The notes below the pieces were generated by a model, which was given only the letters and a program-made list of their open reading frames with translations, did not search any database and was not told the origin of the DNA. The position numbers and the translations under genes were made by a program. From a virus (lineage: Duplodnaviria; Caudoviricetes): a stretch of DNA of 64,000 bases. Positions 38,023 through 51,078 of the stretch are shown piece after piece. The DNA lies in IMG/VR virus record IMGVR_UViG_3300009183_000045; one strand, given 5' to 3'. The number at the start of each line of letters is the position of its first letter. Positions within the stretch are counted from its first letter, which is position 1.

Positions 38023-41000
38023 TTATCTTATAAAAGACACCCCAATTTCATTACAATTATACAAATTACCTGCATATGCAGCCTGAATTCTACACGAATT
38101 AATTGTTTTAGAATCAGCAATCGTAGAACGTGCTCCAATTGAAAGACCTCCATCAACAGCGGTTGTACTATAATAAACACCACCTTGTATGACATAGTAT
38201 GCATCAATCATAGGAGATGTAAATGTTATAGTATAATCGCCATTGGCATTACTAACAATATGGTCTACATTAAATGAGGCCTTTATCATAGATCTGATTG
38301 TCAAGGTTCCTGCTGGCGCATTACCATAGTCGAGGCTTACTTCGAATGTATAACTGTTGGCATCGAGCTCTGTAATAACACGGCCAACACTAGTGTCCCA
38401 TATACTATAATCAGGTGACGAATTAGAATCCATCGCATTAACTATTTCTGCTATCATACCCGTGGAATAACCATGAGATGTATGAGTAACAGTCACCAAG
38501 TTCCCGCTTCGGGTATAAGGCTTGGTTGTTTGAGGCACACCACAAAAGGTTACCCAAGCTTTTGTTGAAAACCGAGTATCACTTCCCAACACAACCTGGT
38601 CACCTCCCGCATTGGTGTCTGGTGCAGCCGTATCCACTAAGGCAGCTGTGCCCAAAGATAATGATCGAGAGGATGCATAAGTTACTAATCCAGTGGAATT
38701 GACTTCTATAACGGGAATTGATAGAGATAAATCACTTATGGTTTTTGGAACATGGGTAAAATCACCAGAGGGCACACTAATAGAAGCATTTCTAAGATTT
38801 GACACCCAGTTAGTATTGGCTGGGCTATTGTATATAATACCCGGACTAGTAGAATTTCTCACCCATTTTCCGTTTCCATATACTCCACTATATGTTGCAC
38901 CCGGAGATGTTCCAGCCGCCTGCCACGCAATTCCGTCTGTGGTACTGTACCAAATGCCTTGGGTTCTTAAATAAAGTATTCCGTTTTGTTGAACAAAGGT
39001 TGCTGATGTGCCCAATCCCGAGACAACCAAGTTTCCTAAGGCAAATCTCTTTAGGTCGGAAGAATAATACACAACAATACGAGCCGTTGAACTTATGTAT
39101 TGAGTGGTTATTAGTATATACAAAGAATTGTAGTATACAATGCTAGATGGACCCGTCGTAGACCACCCAGTCAAAGCTTTAAAATGTTCTCCATCTGTAG
39201 AATCTGTAATTGTTCCTGCATATCCAACACCAGTATATTTGTTGTTGACATATAATAAAGAATTAAATAGAGGAAAATTGTTATAAAGATTTGCGGGGCT
39301 CCGGGTGAATAGATAATCAGGTGGACTAATTCTTTTCCAATTGACCAAATCTGTGGAAGTGCAAAGATAACTGCCACAAGTAATCCATCTACCGTTTAAA
39401 TACCATATACCATATTGAGTCATCGTTGACCAATGGGATGAGGTCAGGCTAGAAGAAATATTGGTATAAAGATCTGTCAAGCTAGTTGGTGCTGCTACGG
39501 TCGTCCAAGTTATTCCATCTGCAGAAGATTGCATTATGACATTGGTGGTACTTGCATTTAAATAATAACGCCCATTCGCATATGTCATGGAATTTACCCC
39601 CACTGTGGTAGCGGGAACTGAATATGTCCAAGTAATTCCGTCTGTTGACATATAAAATCTTACAGTTGTACTAGAAATAATACAAAATTTACCATTCAGA
39701 AATTTTATGTTTGCAACAGTTCCGGTCCACGATGCTATTGTTCGTGTGGTCCAATTTATCCCGTCTGTTGAAGTTGTACATTTGCCAGCGGAGTCCACCA
39801 TGACAAATGTATTATTACCAAAAACCACTCCTTTTATATGAGTAGCTAAACCGCCTGTAGCATAAGGAATAGAGCGCCTAGTCCAGGTCAGGCCATCAGA
39901 AGAAGTTGCAAAAGAGGTTCCATAGGATCCCGTAGGACTCAGTCTGTAATTACCGGCGGTTACAAACAGTCCGTTGCCGTAAGTCACGGTATTTAGGCCG
40001 TATAAAAAACCCGCCGTTGTTCCGGTATCTGCCGGAGAGAGGGCATTATAAAGTAATCCACTGACATATATTTCAGCCCAATCTTCCCCGTTGGTAGAAG
40101 TGTATATCCCTCTTTTTGTGCCTGTGCTGCTGCCGCCAACTGCCACATAAAGCCCGTTTGCATATGTTAAATCCGCAAAATTAAAAGTACCAATAGAGCC
40201 ACCTGGTGCATTTCTTTCAAACCAGGTATTAGAATCTGTGGAAGTAATAAGCCTGTCTATTGTAGAACCCATTATTATATATTTTGAATTTAAATATTGA
40301 GCGCCCGGACTTATACTAGTAAAATAAGCATCTAAAGTTCCACCATCAGCGATATTGTTTACACTTTTAATGACCCAATTAATGCCATCAGAAGATATGT
40401 AAATTCTTCCATAAGATGCAGATACCACAAATTTTCCTTCATTATAGGTTATAGAGTTTGCAATAGTTGAAGAAGTTAAAGGAACTGAATACATTCCAGA
40501 CAAAGAAATAGTCCAGGTAACTCCACCATTTAAAGAATAATAAATAGTATCATCACACACCACAACATAGGTATTTGACCCCGATGCATAGGCAACTCCG
40601 GAAAAAGTTCCTAAAAAATTATTTGATTTCCAAGTTATTCCGTCTGAAGAATTTAATTTGGAACCAGAACCCAGAGCCCATATATAATTTCCAGCAACTG
40701 CAAAAGAAGAACCCAAATCTAACCCACCAGAAATAGTCCAATTTAGTGCATCTGTAGAGCGAGCATATGAGCCAGAATCTATTGAACCGTCTTTATTCTG
40801 CAATCTACATATATAAAGATTGTTAAAAAATTCTAAGTAACGGGCAGTTTTACCACCAAATACATTAGTGGTGTGGTTCCAGGTTGTCGTGTCTGATAAA
40901 GATGCAAGTGCGGCTAATCCTTTATTATCAGTTGCCAATAAAGGGGCGTATGGTTTTTCGGAAGATTTAACTATGGAAGTAATTACTCCGTACGCTGCAT

Positions 41001-43488
41001 TCGCTACATTTCCGAAAAGTGGGTCCTTTTCTGCCCACACTCTACTCAATCTTCCTAGAGTTAAATCTATATAAGATGACACAATACGAATCCCGTCCGT
41101 GTACACCACTTGTATTTTATTTGAATCTGGTGACAATGATAAACAAATAGAATCATTTTGAATAGGATAGGCGCCTTGTGCGGCTAAAATGCCTATATCA
41201 TTTTCACTGTTGTATAGAGTTAATCCAGGAGTGTTAGGGTCCATTATAGCCCACCCCAAACCGTTAAGTTGATAACTTGTATCAAATCCTCCATCAATAC
41301 CGTTTTTAAATATTATACTAGAATGGAATGGAATTGTTTGGCCCACATTATCATCTAAATTATACCCGGCTACAACAAAATAATGAGCATCTGTTTTTCC
41401 GGTTTTGACTCTTAAATATCCAATATTTCCTATAGCACCTATTCTAAGAGGATGGGTTGAACCATATAAGGCAGCATAGGGGCCTATATTTTCAGCTGCC
41501 GGATCAGCAAAATTATATATTGACTTCCATTCCATATACCCCCCATTGTTGCCGGTGTTCCAATTTATACCCGTTGAATGATATAAAGAATATTGAGGTA
41601 CCACAGTTGCGGCAATTGATTGAGTAGGTTCACCATTGCGAGTTAATGCCCAAAAAAATTCACCATTATATCCAATTTTAGCAATGCTTGGCAATGTCCC
41701 GACGCCACTATTTATATGCAGTTGCAAGTTCTTCCATGTTAACCCATCCGTGGAACTGTAACCATATGAAAAAACAGCAGGGTCTCCGTTTACAATTTTT
41801 ATAAATTGATTATCAATACAAAACATGTTAACTAATATTGCACTATTAGGGTTGAAGTACGCCGCAAAATCATGTAAACTATAATTCCAGGTGATTCCTC
41901 CATCTAAGGATACAGCATTTGCGTAATTAGAAAAACAGATAAGAATTTTTTTATCACTCTGTGCAACACCTACCACAGAGGGAGCAGTCGTCTGTCCTTG
42001 GAAAACTCCAATTTGAGACAACACAATTACATTATCCTGCCAAGTAATTCCTTCATCTGTGGAAATATGAGTTCTTATTTGAGGAGTTATTCCGTCAGCA
42101 AGATATTCTATTCCGGTATCAAAAAACAAAAGCCCGGCAGTAGAAAACCCGTAAGACCCCGCTGGCGAAGGATTTAGAGCAGACAAAGAACCCACACCAG
42201 AGCCGGTTACAATGCCGGTTAAGTGGCTGCCGTCTCCGTAAAGAGTTGTTGCTGAGACATAAGAAGAAAAGGTACCAGAAGAAATGCTTAAATTTGAAGG
42301 ATATGCACCGGTGGCTCCAATAAGCCCTTGTATGCCTGTGGCTCCTGTGGTCCCTTGTATACCTGTAGCACCTAGCCCAGTAGCTCCAATAAGCCCTTGT
42401 ATGCCTGTGGTCCCTTGTATACCTGTAGCACCTAGCCCAGTAGCTCCAATAAGCCCTTGTATACCTGTGGCTCCTGTGGTCCCTTGTATACCTGTAGCAC
42501 CTAGCCCAGTGGCTCCAATAAGCCCTTGTATGCCTGTGGCTCCTGTGGTCCCTTGTATACCTGTAGCACCTAGCCCAGTGGCTCCAATAAGCCCTTGTAT
42601 GCCTGTGGCTCCTGTGGTCCCGGTAAGTCCTTGTATACCAGTAGCACCACCGGGTGTGCCTTGTAATCCAGTAGCGCCTTGTATACCAGTAGCACCACCG
42701 GGTGTGCCTTGTAATCCAGTAGCGCCTTGTAATCCAGTGGCACCTATTCCAGTAGCGCCTTGTAATCCAGTGGCACCTTGTAAACCTGTAGCACCTCCCG
42801 GCGTCCCTTGTATACCAGTGGCTCCTTGTACTCCCGTGGCCCCAGTAGGACCACCAGAGGGACCAGTAGATCCCACAGGGCCCGTGGCTCCTGTAGCACC
42901 TAGTCCCGTAGCCCCTTTTAGTCCCATGATGCCGGCAGGGCCACTGGGCCCCGTTGATCCAGTAGCTCCCAATGATCCTGTGGCACCTGTGGGGCCTCCT
43001 GAAGGCCCCGTGGCCCCTAAGGGTCCTGTGGCACCTTGCACGCCTGTAGCACCAGAAGCTCCTATACCCGTAGCACCCGTAGCTCCTATACCCGTAGCTC
43101 CAGTAGCACCAGCGTGCCCATCTGGTCCAACATTTCCGGTTAATCCCATAGGTCCGCTGGGTCCTGTAGAACCAGTCAATCCAGTGTTTCCTGTAAAGCC
43201 AGTCAATCCAATAGGCCCAGAGGCTCCATCAGGTCCGGTCGGTCCAATAGGTCCTGTGCTTCCTATAGGTCCGTCTAATCCAGTGGGTCCAATGGGACCG
43301 GAAGGCCCGGAGGCACCCAGAGGCCCAGTGGCTCCTAATAATATAACATCTCTTACAACACCGGCTACGTAATTATTAATAGCACTCAACGGTAATGTGC
43401 TGGTAATATTGTTGTGACTAGCCAAGAGCACATCAGTCGCACTCGGATTGGTCACTAAAGGAAAATCTCTGATGGTTTTATTACGCAT
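38023..43488 (-). CDS. Collagen-like tail fibre with BNR/propeller repeats and C-terminal receptor-binding-like domain
   Basis: About 340-aa GAT/GPT/GIQ collagen tract, many S.DG..W (Asp-box/BNR) repeats, and C-terminal [27 protein letters not shown]. Confidence 0.85.
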   Translation of the reverse strand: MRNKTIRDFPLVTNPSATDVLLASHNNITSTLPLSAINNYVAGVVRDVILLGATGPLGASGPSGPIGPTGLDGPIGSTGPIGPTGPDGASGPIGLTGFTGNTGLTGSTGPSGPMGLTGNVGPDGHAGATGATGIGATGATGIGASGATGVQGATGPLGATGPSGGPTGATGSLGATGSTGPSGPAGIMGLKGATGLGATGATGPVGSTGPSGGPTGATGVQGATGIQGTPGGATGLQGATGLQGATGIGATGLQGATGLQGTPGGATGIQGATGLQGTPGGATGIQGLTGTTGATGIQGLIGATGLGATGIQGTTGATGIQGLIGATGLGATGIQGTTGATGIQGLIGATGLGATGIQGTTGIQGLIGATGLGATGIQGTTGATGIQGLIGATGAYPSNLSISSGTFSSYVSATTLYGDGSHLTGIVTGSGVGSLSALNPSPAGSYGFSTAGLLFFDTGIEYLADGITPQIRTHISTDEGITWQDNVIVLSQIGVFQGQTTAPSVVGVAQSDKKILICFSNYANAVSLDGGITWNYSLHDFAAYFNPNSAILVNMFCIDNQFIKIVNGDPAVFSYGYSSTDGLTWKNLQLHINSGVGTLPSIAKIGYNGEFFWALTRNGEPTQSIAATVVPQYSLYHSTGINWNTGNNGGYMEWKSIYNFADPAAENIGPYAALYGSTHPLRIGAIGNIGYLRVKTGKTDAHYFVVAGYNLDDNVGQTIPFHSSIIFKNGIDGGFDTSYQLNGLGWAIMDPNTPGLTLYNSENDIGILAAQGAYPIQNDSICLSLSPDSNKIQVVYTDGIRIVSSYIDLTLGRLSRVWAEKDPLFGNVANAAYGVITSIVKSSEKPYAPLLATDNKGLAALASLSDTTTWNHTTNVFGGKTARYLEFFNNLYICRLQNKDGSIDSGSYARSTDALNWTISGGLDLGSSFAVAGNYIWALGSGSKLNSSDGITWKSNNFLGTFSGVAYASGSNTYVVVCDDTIYYSLNGGVTWTISLSGMYSVPLTSSTIANSITYNEGKFVVSASYGRIYISSDGINWVIKSVNNIADGGTLDAYFTSISPGAQYLNSKYIIMGSTIDRLITSTDSNTWFERNAPGGSIGTFNFADLTYANGLYVAVGGSSTGTKRGIYTSTNGEDWAEIYVSGLLYNALSPADTGTTAGFLYGLNTVTYGNGLFVTAGNYRLSPTGSYGTSFATSSDGLTWTRRSIPYATGGLATHIKGVVFGNNTFVMVDSAGKCTTSTDGINWTTRTIASWTGTVANIKFLNGKFCIISSTTVRFYMSTDGITWTYSVPATTVGVNSMTYANGRYYLNASTTNVIMQSSADGITWTTVAAPTSLTDLYTNISSSLTSSHWSTMTQYGIWYLNGRWITCGSYLCTSTDLVNWKRISPPDYLFTRSPANLYNNFPLFNSLLYVNNKYTGVGYAGTITDSTDGEHFKALTGWSTTGPSSIVYYNSLYILITTQYISSTARIVVYYSSDLKRFALGNLVVSGLGTSATFVQQNGILYLRTQGIWYSTTDGIAWQAAGTSPGATYSGVYGNGKWVRNSTSPGIIYNSPANTNWVSNLRNASISVPSGDFTHVPKTISDLSLSIPVIEVNSTGLVTYASSRSLSLGTAALVDTAAPDTNAGGDQVVLGSDTRFSTKAWVTFCGVPQTTKPYTRSGNLVTVTHTSHGYSTGMIAEIVNAMDSNSSPDYSIWDTSVGRVITELDANSYTFEVSLDYGNAPAGTLTIRSMIKASFNVDHIVSNANGDYTITFTSPMIDAYYVIQGGVYYSTTAVDGGLSIGARSTIADSKTINSCRIQAAYAGNLYNCNEIGVSFIR
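42311..42620. repeat. 69-bp tandem repeat array in the collagen tract (4 units plus a partial; unit 2 lacks 9 bp)
   Basis: Unit gtggctccaataagcccttgtatgcctgtggctcctgtggtcccttgtatacctgtagcacctagccca starts at 42311, 42380 (60 bp), 42440, 42509 and 42578 (partial). A separate 48-bp duplication lies at 42641/42689. Confidence 0.9.
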
Positions 43489-43501
43489 ATTATAATTATA
43501 T

Positions 43502-46500
43502 TTAGATCCAAGCTATCGGTTTTTGATCATCTCCCGTTAAGATGTCTTCTAGATCATCTACAATGAAATTTCCTTCGGTGTCTATATTGAAAGTTATGTA
43601 TATTGGCACACTACTAACCATACCCATTAAGTTACTAACTTGACACACATAGACCCCCGAGGTTTCTGGCACAGATTTAAATATTTTATAATCAGTAAAG
43701 GCGCCACCAACTATGGGTGTATTATTATGATACCATTGATAACTAAAGGGTTGTTCGCCAGATGCTATTATAGATAAGGCACAGAAAGATCCTACATTAA
43801 TACTAAGAGCAGAAGCAGTCTGAAATATAATAGTAGGAGGCAACTTTTTAATATGTATCACTTCTGTTTGTAATTGTTTATACAAGCCGTAATCATTACC
43901 AAATATGTCACATCTCCATTGAACCATGGTACCTTTATTGGCTAATAATTTATTAACATGAGTTCCATATACATCGGATAAAAGTTCTTTTCTGTAATTA
44001 GAATCCGAAGTTTTATCTTTCCATATTACATTATTATCCTCATTAAATTTCCAAAATTGAAAATCATCTTGCTGACGCGCCAAGCCATGAGTGTTATAAC
44101 CTAATATTTCATAATCAGATTGATATGGAGTAAATTTTTGGTTTTCCTTGGTTCCTAATATAACACCAGCCTTGGCACCAGATCCATAAGGCTCCATTAT
44201 CCATTTGTTATCTATTCCATCTAATACAACGGGAGATAATTGATCCTTTTTAGTCAATCCTCTATTGCGAGATCCATACTTTTTGGGATCCAAAAACACC
44301 GCTTCACTATTAGATAAACTTATAGCCGATAAATTAGTTTGATTAACAGAATAACTATACCCTCTTCCTCTGTAGGTAGATACTCCCAAATTTTCAGGTA
44401 ACATATACCCACCTACTTCATTTTCTGTTACGGCTAAATTAGGGAAAGAAACCGTGGCTGCGGTCGGAAAAAATCTATTATCCAAATTTGCATAAGGTTC
44501 CGCAGGTTCTATAAACACACCCGAATTGAAAATTATATAATTGGATATGCATCTGTTTTTTAGATACAAATTTTCAGAATAAGAAAAAGAATTTACAGCA
44601 TAATAATGATATCTTGCTGGTTTATATTCAGAATATCCTTCTAATAAAATATCACTTAGTTCTGTAGAGCCTTGTATAATACAATCTAGTTTATTAGACC
44701 GTAAAATAGATTCTAAATTAGAATACTTCTTGTCAAATATAATTTTATTCCATTGAACAGTATTAATAGTAACATCAAAATTTAATGGTTGATCCCACCC
44801 TAAATCCAAGGCTCCAATTCTATTGTATTGAACATAATCCCCAGTGTTTAAAGACATGACAGAAATGTCTGGCTGATGGAGAGGCACATAATCATATACA
44901 AATTTAATTTGCCCAGCATAAACCACTGGGTTTGTAGGAACCTTTGCCCAAAAAGGTTTTGCCCCAAAAGAAGGGCCCACATTTAGGTTTGAAAAATTAC
45001 TCATTTCATAATCCCAACCATCCAATTTAATATTGATAGTAAATGATACACCCGGTTGATAAAATTCCACACCAGCAAAGGTGTCAATGTAGGAAGTGCC
45101 GCCTTGATGTTCGTATATTAAATAATCATTAGGTCTTAATATAATATCAGATACCAATGTAGTTTCTATCCAATTACCACTTTGATTTTTGATAGCCTTG
45201 CGCCACACCGGATAGAAGGGCACACACCCATTTATTCTTGTAGATATGTAACTTATAAAAGAATCATAATTTCCGTCCCCGGATACAAGATATTTATAAA
45301 GATTAAAATGGGTTTGATCTGAAGTAGCTATTTGTTCCATCAAGCTATTAGTTAGAGATAATTCTCCCATACTAATAGCTTGAATTTCTATACCTTTATT
45401 TTTATATTGTTTTGCTAAACTTACAATATCTGCGGAATCTTCTGTGGTAGATACCCCATCACTAATAATAACAATTTTTTGTATAGCACCTTTTTGAGGC
45501 GAATTTAAAGCCCCACTCAATTTTGATTGATTCGCCAGTGTAACATTAAGACTACTGCATAAAGTTTTTAAATCTAAAAGAGTTTTGTCTAATCCAGGAG
45601 ATGTTGGATTTAAGATATTGTCACACAAACGCAAAGCAGCTGAAAAGTTAGTTTGATAATCTGGAAATTGAGTGGGACAATTTAAAGCTTCTATTTGAAG
45701 ATTTAGTTCATACTCTTCATTGGTAAGATAGTTTACCATTACACTATTAGCAGCAAATCCTACTATAGCAACCTGCACAGATTTTTGTCTATCATAACAA
45801 ACATTTGAACCATCATTTGTGCAGGCATTAATAAGCTTAGAACATATAGTGTTTACAGCCTTTTTAACTTTATCAAAATCAAAACTTTGAGATCTGCTAT
45901 AGTCTAAGGCTATAACAATGTCATACTTTACATCATTACCATCACACATGATGGCATTTAATTTTGGATATATGTAATTGCAAACAAAATAAGGTGAAGA
46001 TTTGGCAGATATAGTATTACCAGCACCACTGGAACTATTAGTTCTAAGACCAGATCTGCAATAGGTATAACGTCGACCGGTTTTCAAAATCATTCTATCA
46101 CCTACTTCAGACAATGTAGTATCGCTGGTTTTCCATCTACCAGTACCAAACCCAATGTTTCCATCTCCTTCAGTTTGATCTAATTGAAAGAAGGAGAATT
46201 GTGGGCTATCCTTTATATTCAAGCCTCTCGTGTCTACCCAAGAACCTATAGTAAATTTATCTCCAAGACCAAAAGGATCTGCAAACAGATAGTCTGCTGT
46301 GCCGTTATAATCTGTGACCTTATTCCCTTTATGACCAATCGGTGAATAGTGTACGGCTTTACAAGAACATTGAGTCCAATAATTTTTATTAGATAAAGAA
46401 ACCGGGTTAACAAAGTCTTGGTCTTTGTAATATTCATGTGGATATGTTTTTCCATACACACAATTCTTTTCATGGTTAATATATTTAAACACCTCATCAG

Positions 46501-48409
46501 CAAAGGTATCTTCTCCGCACCATATGAAAGATATCTTCTCATTAGCATTTGCTTTAAATGATATAGAACTTTGTATTGAACCATCCACAAAATGAGAACA
46601 TTCAACGGCACTCATTTGGCCATAAATCATTATGTTTTGGGTGGTTATGTTTAAGTGACTCACCGGTTCACTTCCGTACCAGGCAGCTTCTGTTGCTTGG
46701 GTAACATCACCTCTGCTGTTTAATTTATAAATTACATCTGATGTGGAAATAGTCTGCCCGGCAACTGCACCGGCCATAGCATAAGAAGAATTAACCTCTG
46801 ATAGTCTTATAGGTAAACAATCATTTTCTGTGAAATTGGTAGGTAAAGTGTCACCAGTTGTGAAAGTTTGTACCGGCCATTGTATATTATTAGTCCCCTT
46901 GATGATTGCTAAATCTGTTCTATCAAATTTATAAACAAATGATATCTCAGTATCTATCCCCGAGTGAATTTCCGGAGTTGTATAATCATGAGTTCTTTTT
47001 ATAATGACATCTGCTTCATCAGAAAATTTACCCGCAGTGGCCCCTCTGTCTATTAAAGTACTTTGATTTAAATAAATGGGAAGGGAAGCTGTTAGAGGAA
47101 AATTTGTAGTATAATATTTGGTTAAAATGTCTACTTGTTGTTCGGTAGTTAAAGCTTTAAAGAATTTATCATTATTTCTTTCTAAATTAAAGTTTTTGAA
47201 AATCATTTCTTGGGTATCTAGGTCATACCCAACAAACGGATATAAAAACTCTGTAACCTCTCCGCCTTTTAATATGATATTAGTTCTACCGTTTACTGGT
47301 AAACTATATGGCCCTTGTAACCAAGCTCCTTCCACTGTTCCATTTTTATCAGAAAATAATAAATCAGAATTTGTGTAAGTCGAACCCGGAGTTGCTCCGG
47401 ATTGAATAAAAGAAGATTCTTGAATGTTTATAGGTGAATATGAATTATTATAAACATTATGTTTTAATTCTTGATATCCACTTGGCCATAAAAACCAATT
47501 ATCTCCCTGAGCCATTCCTACATTTAATATAAAATCTGGCTGAGCCACTTCTTCCAATTTTACAGCAGTAAGACCGTACAAGGTTTCACCTAAAAATTTT
47601 TGACTAATGGCTATTTGATTATTGATCTGAGAAGTTTGGCTGGATAAAGAGGGGTTTGAAGTTACATTAGAAAGATAATCTTTGAATATGTTAGAGAGTG
47701 GAGTGTCTGACACCCTGTCTAAAAATCTAGTAGAAATCATGCCAAGTATTTCCTTTTCAGAAAAGGGATTTACATCATCTTTTAATGGTAAAAAATCTTC
47801 TATGTGGCTATAATCCAGATATTCTTTTACATCAACACTCGGATCTGAGTCATGATAATTTGCAACATCATGCAGCTCTTCTAGTTCTATAAAGAAATCA
47901 TTTTTTATAGAACTTAATTCCGGAAACATTGTTTGTATCGGCAATGCCGGAATTTGAGTAACCAACCCGTCCCTTTGAGTAAAGGTTCTCAATACATAAT
48001 CATATAACAAAGACTCTAAACCTTTATTAGAACCTATTAAATTAAATTTATTTTTAGCTCTTTTAACAGACTCTCTTTTTGAATTTAAAACTTTGGCCAC
48101 CTCTGTAAGTTTCTTGGCAAAAAAAGGAATTGCTAAAATAAGATCTTCTTGATTATTATAATCTATATCTTTTATAAAAAGATTAGTTTCATTTTGAGCA
48201 AAAATAAAATTAAGATCTTTAATTAACTGTATAAATTCTTGTTTTAATGCCTCCTTAGCTTTAGATGAATGCTGATTTTTGTTATTGTACCATTGTTTGA
48301 GGTATTGTATATAAGCAGATTCAGAAGCCCCGTGAACATCTGCATAACTCTGTTGCATTTGCCATTGGCTAAAAGTCCATGGTGTTGAGTTTTCAGAATG
48401 ATTAGACAT
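43502..48409 (-). CDS. Large virion protein with vWA (MIDAS) domain and C-terminal Ig (I-set-like) domain
   Basis: [11 protein letters not shown] (DxSxS), TNFSAAL and IVIISDG; Ig motif [16 protein letters not shown].....[16 protein letters not shown]. Confidence 0.8.
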   Translation of the reverse strand: MSNHSENSTPWTFSQWQMQQSYADVHGASESAYIQYLKQWYNNKNQHSSKAKEALKQEFIQLIKDLNFIFAQNETNLFIKDIDYNNQEDLILAIPFFAKKLTEVAKVLNSKRESVKRAKNKFNLIGSNKGLESLLYDYVLRTFTQRDGLVTQIPALPIQTMFPELSSIKNDFFIELEELHDVANYHDSDPSVDVKEYLDYSHIEDFLPLKDDVNPFSEKEILGMISTRFLDRVSDTPLSNIFKDYLSNVTSNPSLSSQTSQINNQIAISQKFLGETLYGLTAVKLEEVAQPDFILNVGMAQGDNWFLWPSGYQELKHNVYNNSYSPINIQESSFIQSGATPGSTYTNSDLLFSDKNGTVEGAWLQGPYSLPVNGRTNIILKGGEVTEFLYPFVGYDLDTQEMIFKNFNLERNNDKFFKALTTEQQVDILTKYYTTNFPLTASLPIYLNQSTLIDRGATAGKFSDEADVIIKRTHDYTTPEIHSGIDTEISFVYKFDRTDLAIIKGTNNIQWPVQTFTTGDTLPTNFTENDCLPIRLSEVNSSYAMAGAVAGQTISTSDVIYKLNSRGDVTQATEAAWYGSEPVSHLNITTQNIMIYGQMSAVECSHFVDGSIQSSISFKANANEKISFIWCGEDTFADEVFKYINHEKNCVYGKTYPHEYYKDQDFVNPVSLSNKNYWTQCSCKAVHYSPIGHKGNKVTDYNGTADYLFADPFGLGDKFTIGSWVDTRGLNIKDSPQFSFFQLDQTEGDGNIGFGTGRWKTSDTTLSEVGDRMILKTGRRYTYCRSGLRTNSSSGAGNTISAKSSPYFVCNYIYPKLNAIMCDGNDVKYDIVIALDYSRSQSFDFDKVKKAVNTICSKLINACTNDGSNVCYDRQKSVQVAIVGFAANSVMVNYLTNEEYELNLQIEALNCPTQFPDYQTNFSAALRLCDNILNPTSPGLDKTLLDLKTLCSSLNVTLANQSKLSGALNSPQKGAIQKIVIISDGVSTTEDSADIVSLAKQYKNKGIEIQAISMGELSLTNSLMEQIATSDQTHFNLYKYLVSGDGNYDSFISYISTRINGCVPFYPVWRKAIKNQSGNWIETTLVSDIILRPNDYLIYEHQGGTSYIDTFAGVEFYQPGVSFTINIKLDGWDYEMSNFSNLNVGPSFGAKPFWAKVPTNPVVYAGQIKFVYDYVPLHQPDISVMSLNTGDYVQYNRIGALDLGWDQPLNFDVTINTVQWNKIIFDKKYSNLESILRSNKLDCIIQGSTELSDILLEGYSEYKPARYHYYAVNSFSYSENLYLKNRCISNYIIFNSGVFIEPAEPYANLDNRFFPTAATVSFPNLAVTENEVGGYMLPENLGVSTYRGRGYSYSVNQTNLSAISLSNSEAVFLDPKKYGSRNRGLTKKDQLSPVVLDGIDNKWIMEPYGSGAKAGVILGTKENQKFTPYQSDYEILGYNTHGLARQQDDFQFWKFNEDNNVIWKDKTSDSNYRKELLSDVYGTHVNKLLANKGTMVQWRCDIFGNDYGLYKQLQTEVIHIKKLPPTIIFQTASALSINVGSFCALSIIASGEQPFSYQWYHNNTPIVGGAFTDYKIFKSVPETSGVYVCQVSNLMGMVSSVPIYITFNIDTEGNFIVDDLEDILTGDDQKPIAWI

Positions 48410-48415
48410 TGGTAA

Positions 48416-48423
48416 TATTTATA
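48416..48423 (-). promoter_or_regulatory. Late promoter TATAAATA, 6 nt before ATG
   Basis: Minus strand TATAAATA-ttacca-ATG(48409). Confidence 0.75.
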
Positions 48424-49965
48424 TTATAAAACTAAAAGCCTTCGAGAATTACCATTAGAATCTTGACAGGTTATATATCCACTAGCGGATGTTCCGTTAG
48501 AGAGAGATAAAGGTTGTGTTGTATATGCACCGAACCTTACATTTGTTCCTAAATCTATATACTTTGTATCTGTCCCAGGGTATAATTTTAATCCAACCTG
48601 GTCAGAACTGTTTTCTGCCCCATTTACAGAAATAAGACTATGACCGTTAGAGTCAGCGCCAGTTACCCTAACATGACTCACCGCAGAATTTGCATTAGAA
48701 ATTTCAAATTGAGTAAAACTATTATAGGTGTTAAACAATATAGAATTAGAATCTGGAGTTTTGATGTATAATTTTCCGACACTAGAAGAAACAGCCGCGT
48801 TATCATTCCAGGTGGTTAAGCTGGTGTATATGCTAGAGGTTAAATTGGAGCTACCATTTATAACCCCGTACGTATTAAACTCCATACCGTATCTTCCGTT
48901 ACTCAAAGCAACTGCATTATAGCATTCTATTTCTCCAGCTGTCTGAGCATAAAAACCAGATCTTGTATTTAAACTAGAAGTAGTATTTTTAGCATCTATT
49001 TGTGAATTGGAATAAGAATTATAACCATTGGTGGTATTATAAGTTGCTTGGGAATACTTAGCATTTATTTGAGAATGGTTTTCAGCCAAATAACCAGCTA
49101 AATTGTGATTTGAATTGGCATGGTTGGCCGATATATGAGAACGGTTACTTGCATAAAAACCATTTCCATATGCACAATTTTTAGTCTCTACATAGTCTGC
49201 TAAAATAACTGAACCTCTATCTGCCATTACTCCGTGTCTGCAATTATTAATAATAACATTGGAACCTAATTGTATAAAAGCTCCCCCATCAGCCTTAATA
49301 GCTGCATAGGCATTGGCGGCGTCGCCCACGCCGGTTATTGTTACACCGTTTATTAACCCAAAAGAATTCCCGTTGGTACAGGTTATTAAGTCAAATCCAG
49401 GAATTAAAGGATTGTTCATTAATAAATTAACATTAACTGGAGTGTTTACATCTCCTATAAGTTGTATATTTTGACCATATGGATGATTTAAATTAAGAGT
49501 TTGGTTTAAATTCCAAGTGCCTGGACCTAATTTTATTTGCACAGTTCCTTCAATGTGCCACTTTTTAATTTTATTAAAAATGTTTAATATAGAACGATCC
49601 GAGTCAACGTCGTTGACGGGATTTATTACTACAGTTGAACCATAAGGAACAAAAAGTCTTTCTCCTAAAGCTGCCAAAGAAGCAGTGGCTAAATCTGTAT
49701 AATCATTTGTCGTATAAAATTGCTCAAGTTTGTCGTTAACTGAAACGTCAGGTTTTGTATCAGTTCCTTCAAACCTAACCAATCTGGCAGCCAAAGACAA
49801 ATCATCTAAAAGATCATCCAAAGAATTGGCTAAATTCTGGGTACTAATTTTTACCTCTACATTAGTTGTACCCGGTCTATAACCCACTATATAATCCGTG
49901 TCATTTATAGGATCGACTAAAGTCCCTCCTTTAGTGGTAAAATCTGCAAAAGTTTTGTTAGCCAT
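48424..49965 (-). CDS. Tail spike-like protein with right-handed beta-helix (pectin lyase-like)
   Basis: VQIKLGPGTWNL...LNHPYGQNIQLIG followed by about 22-aa repeats of GF.A...S.I.A. Confidence 0.7.
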   Translation of the reverse strand: MANKTFADFTTKGGTLVDPINDTDYIVGYRPGTTNVEVKISTQNLANSLDDLLDDLSLAARLVRFEGTDTKPDVSVNDKLEQFYTTNDYTDLATASLAALGERLFVPYGSTVVINPVNDVDSDRSILNIFNKIKKWHIEGTVQIKLGPGTWNLNQTLNLNHPYGQNIQLIGDVNTPVNVNLLMNNPLIPGFDLITCTNGNSFGLINGVTITGVGDAANAYAAIKADGGAFIQLGSNVIINNCRHGVMADRGSVILADYVETKNCAYGNGFYASNRSHISANHANSNHNLAGYLAENHSQINAKYSQATYNTTNGYNSYSNSQIDAKNTTSSLNTRSGFYAQTAGEIECYNAVALSNGRYGMEFNTYGVINGSSNLTSSIYTSLTTWNDNAAVSSSVGKLYIKTPDSNSILFNTYNSFTQFEISNANSAVSHVRVTGADSNGHSLISVNGAENSSDQVGLKLYPGTDTKYIDLGTNVRFGAYTTQPLSLSNGTSASGYITCQDSNGNSRRLLVL

Positions 49966-49974
49966 GATAGTAAT

Positions 49975-50232
49975 TTAGAAAAAAAGTAAAAAGTCTCCGC
50001 CGTTATCTACTGATTGATAGTAATAATTACCTGCAGCAGTAAGAAGAAATTGTCTTTGAAGGTAATAAGAGGGGTCTGGTTTCTCAGAAAGAATTTGATC
50101 TCTTTCTTCCTTTGTCATACCAGTGTTTAAATTACAATTAATATCCCCATTAATTGTAATAGGAAACCTTCCATTAAGCATTTTACCATTTTTTAGGTAA
50201 CTGGTTTGATAAATGATTTCTTCTAAAGGCAT
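49975..50232 (-). CDS. Small hypothetical protein
   Basis: Start refined to ATG 50232 (MPLEEII), preceded by TAAGTT-5 nt; this avoids overlap with the + gene. Confidence 0.55.
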   Translation of the reverse strand: MPLEEIIYQTSYLKNGKMLNGRFPITINGDINCNLNTGMTKEERDQILSEKPDPSYYLQRQFLLTAAGNYYYQSVDNGGDFLLFF

Positions 50233-50269
50233 ATAAAAACTTATGGCAAAAGGAATACTTTGATATAAA

Positions 50270-51034
50270 ATGTATGATATGTTTTCCAAAAAAATTCAAA
50301 TAGAATTTATAGCCAATAGCAAAGACATGTTGGAAATAACAGAAAAACCATACCCAGCTATCCAGAACACTCCAGAATGGTTCAAGAATTCTGAAAGGTA
50401 TATACACGGCATAAAAGATATAGATGTTTATAACGATCCTAACAGCACCATTAAGAAATGCATGCCGGTGGTAGATTTGATAGGTGCTGGTTATCACATC
50501 CCACTCCATTCTGATGTATGGGTTGAAAACGGCGGAGAACAACAATTATCCTTTAAATGGTCTTGGGATTCTATAGAGATAGTAAGTCTTCAAAAAGCAG
50601 AGCAACATTCCAAATACCCAACTCCTTCTGGATATTATAATACAATTTTTAAATGGATCAATCCTTGGTGTGTTAAGACTCCTCCTGGCTGGTCTTGTTT
50701 ATTTGTCCACCCACAACATCACGAAGAGCTACCCTTTCGTAGCATGTCTGCCTTAGTAGATACGGACAAACATCCTATTCCGGTTCATTTTCCGTTTCAT
50801 CTCAAAAAAGGATTTGATGGATTAATTTCAAAAGGAACTCCAATGATTCAAATTATTCCGTTTAAACGGGAAAAATTTAGATCTTCTTTTTCCTGGGACA
50901 AAGGAAACATGCTCAAAAATGCCTGGACCAAGGCCCATACCGTTTTCTTTGAAAGATATCAAAAGACCTTTCGTTCTCCCAAAACCTTCGAACAGGGAAC
51001 AGAAAAGAAATCCAAGTGTCCTCTAGGATTCTGA
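50270..51034 (+). CDS. Conserved phage hypothetical protein (T4-like phage family; DUF6065-like)
   Basis: PEWFK...TIKKCMPVVD..GAGY.IPL, W..KTPPGWSCLF.HP and GTP..QIIPFKRE. Alternative start at 50279. Confidence 0.65.
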   Translation: MYDMFSKKIQIEFIANSKDMLEITEKPYPAIQNTPEWFKNSERYIHGIKDIDVYNDPNSTIKKCMPVVDLIGAGYHIPLHSDVWVENGGEQQLSFKWSWDSIEIVSLQKAEQHSKYPTPSGYYNTIFKWINPWCVKTPPGWSCLFVHPQHHEELPFRSMSALVDTDKHPIPVHFPFHLKKGFDGLISKGTPMIQIIPFKREKFRSSFSWDKGNMLKNAWTKAHTVFFERYQKTFRSPKTFEQGTEKKSKCPLGF

Positions 51035-51043
51035 GAATTCTGG

Positions 51044-51072
51044 TGGCAGTTCCCCCCATTCCCTTCTATTAT
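51044..51072 (+). promoter_or_regulatory. TTCCC-box promoter (leaderless)
   Basis: TGGCAG-TTCCCCCCATTCCCTTC(17)-TATTAT-6 nt-ATG(51079). Confidence 0.65.
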
Positions 51073-51078
51073 TAAAAC

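Noticed and set aside
42311-42620. Possible CRISPR array
   Set aside because: The units are contiguous with no unique spacers, are multiples of 3 nt and encode collagen in frame; no cas genes are present.
42284-43372. 362-aa Pro/Val-rich + strand ORF (PVAP repeats)
   Set aside because: It is the antisense shadow of the GAT/GPT collagen codons. The same applies to 25245-25577 and 25585-25815.
36826-50232. Invertible tail-fibre cassette (minus-strand block)
   Set aside because: No inverted repeats were seen at the block ends and no serine or tyrosine recombinase is in the window; it is treated as a fixed orientation.
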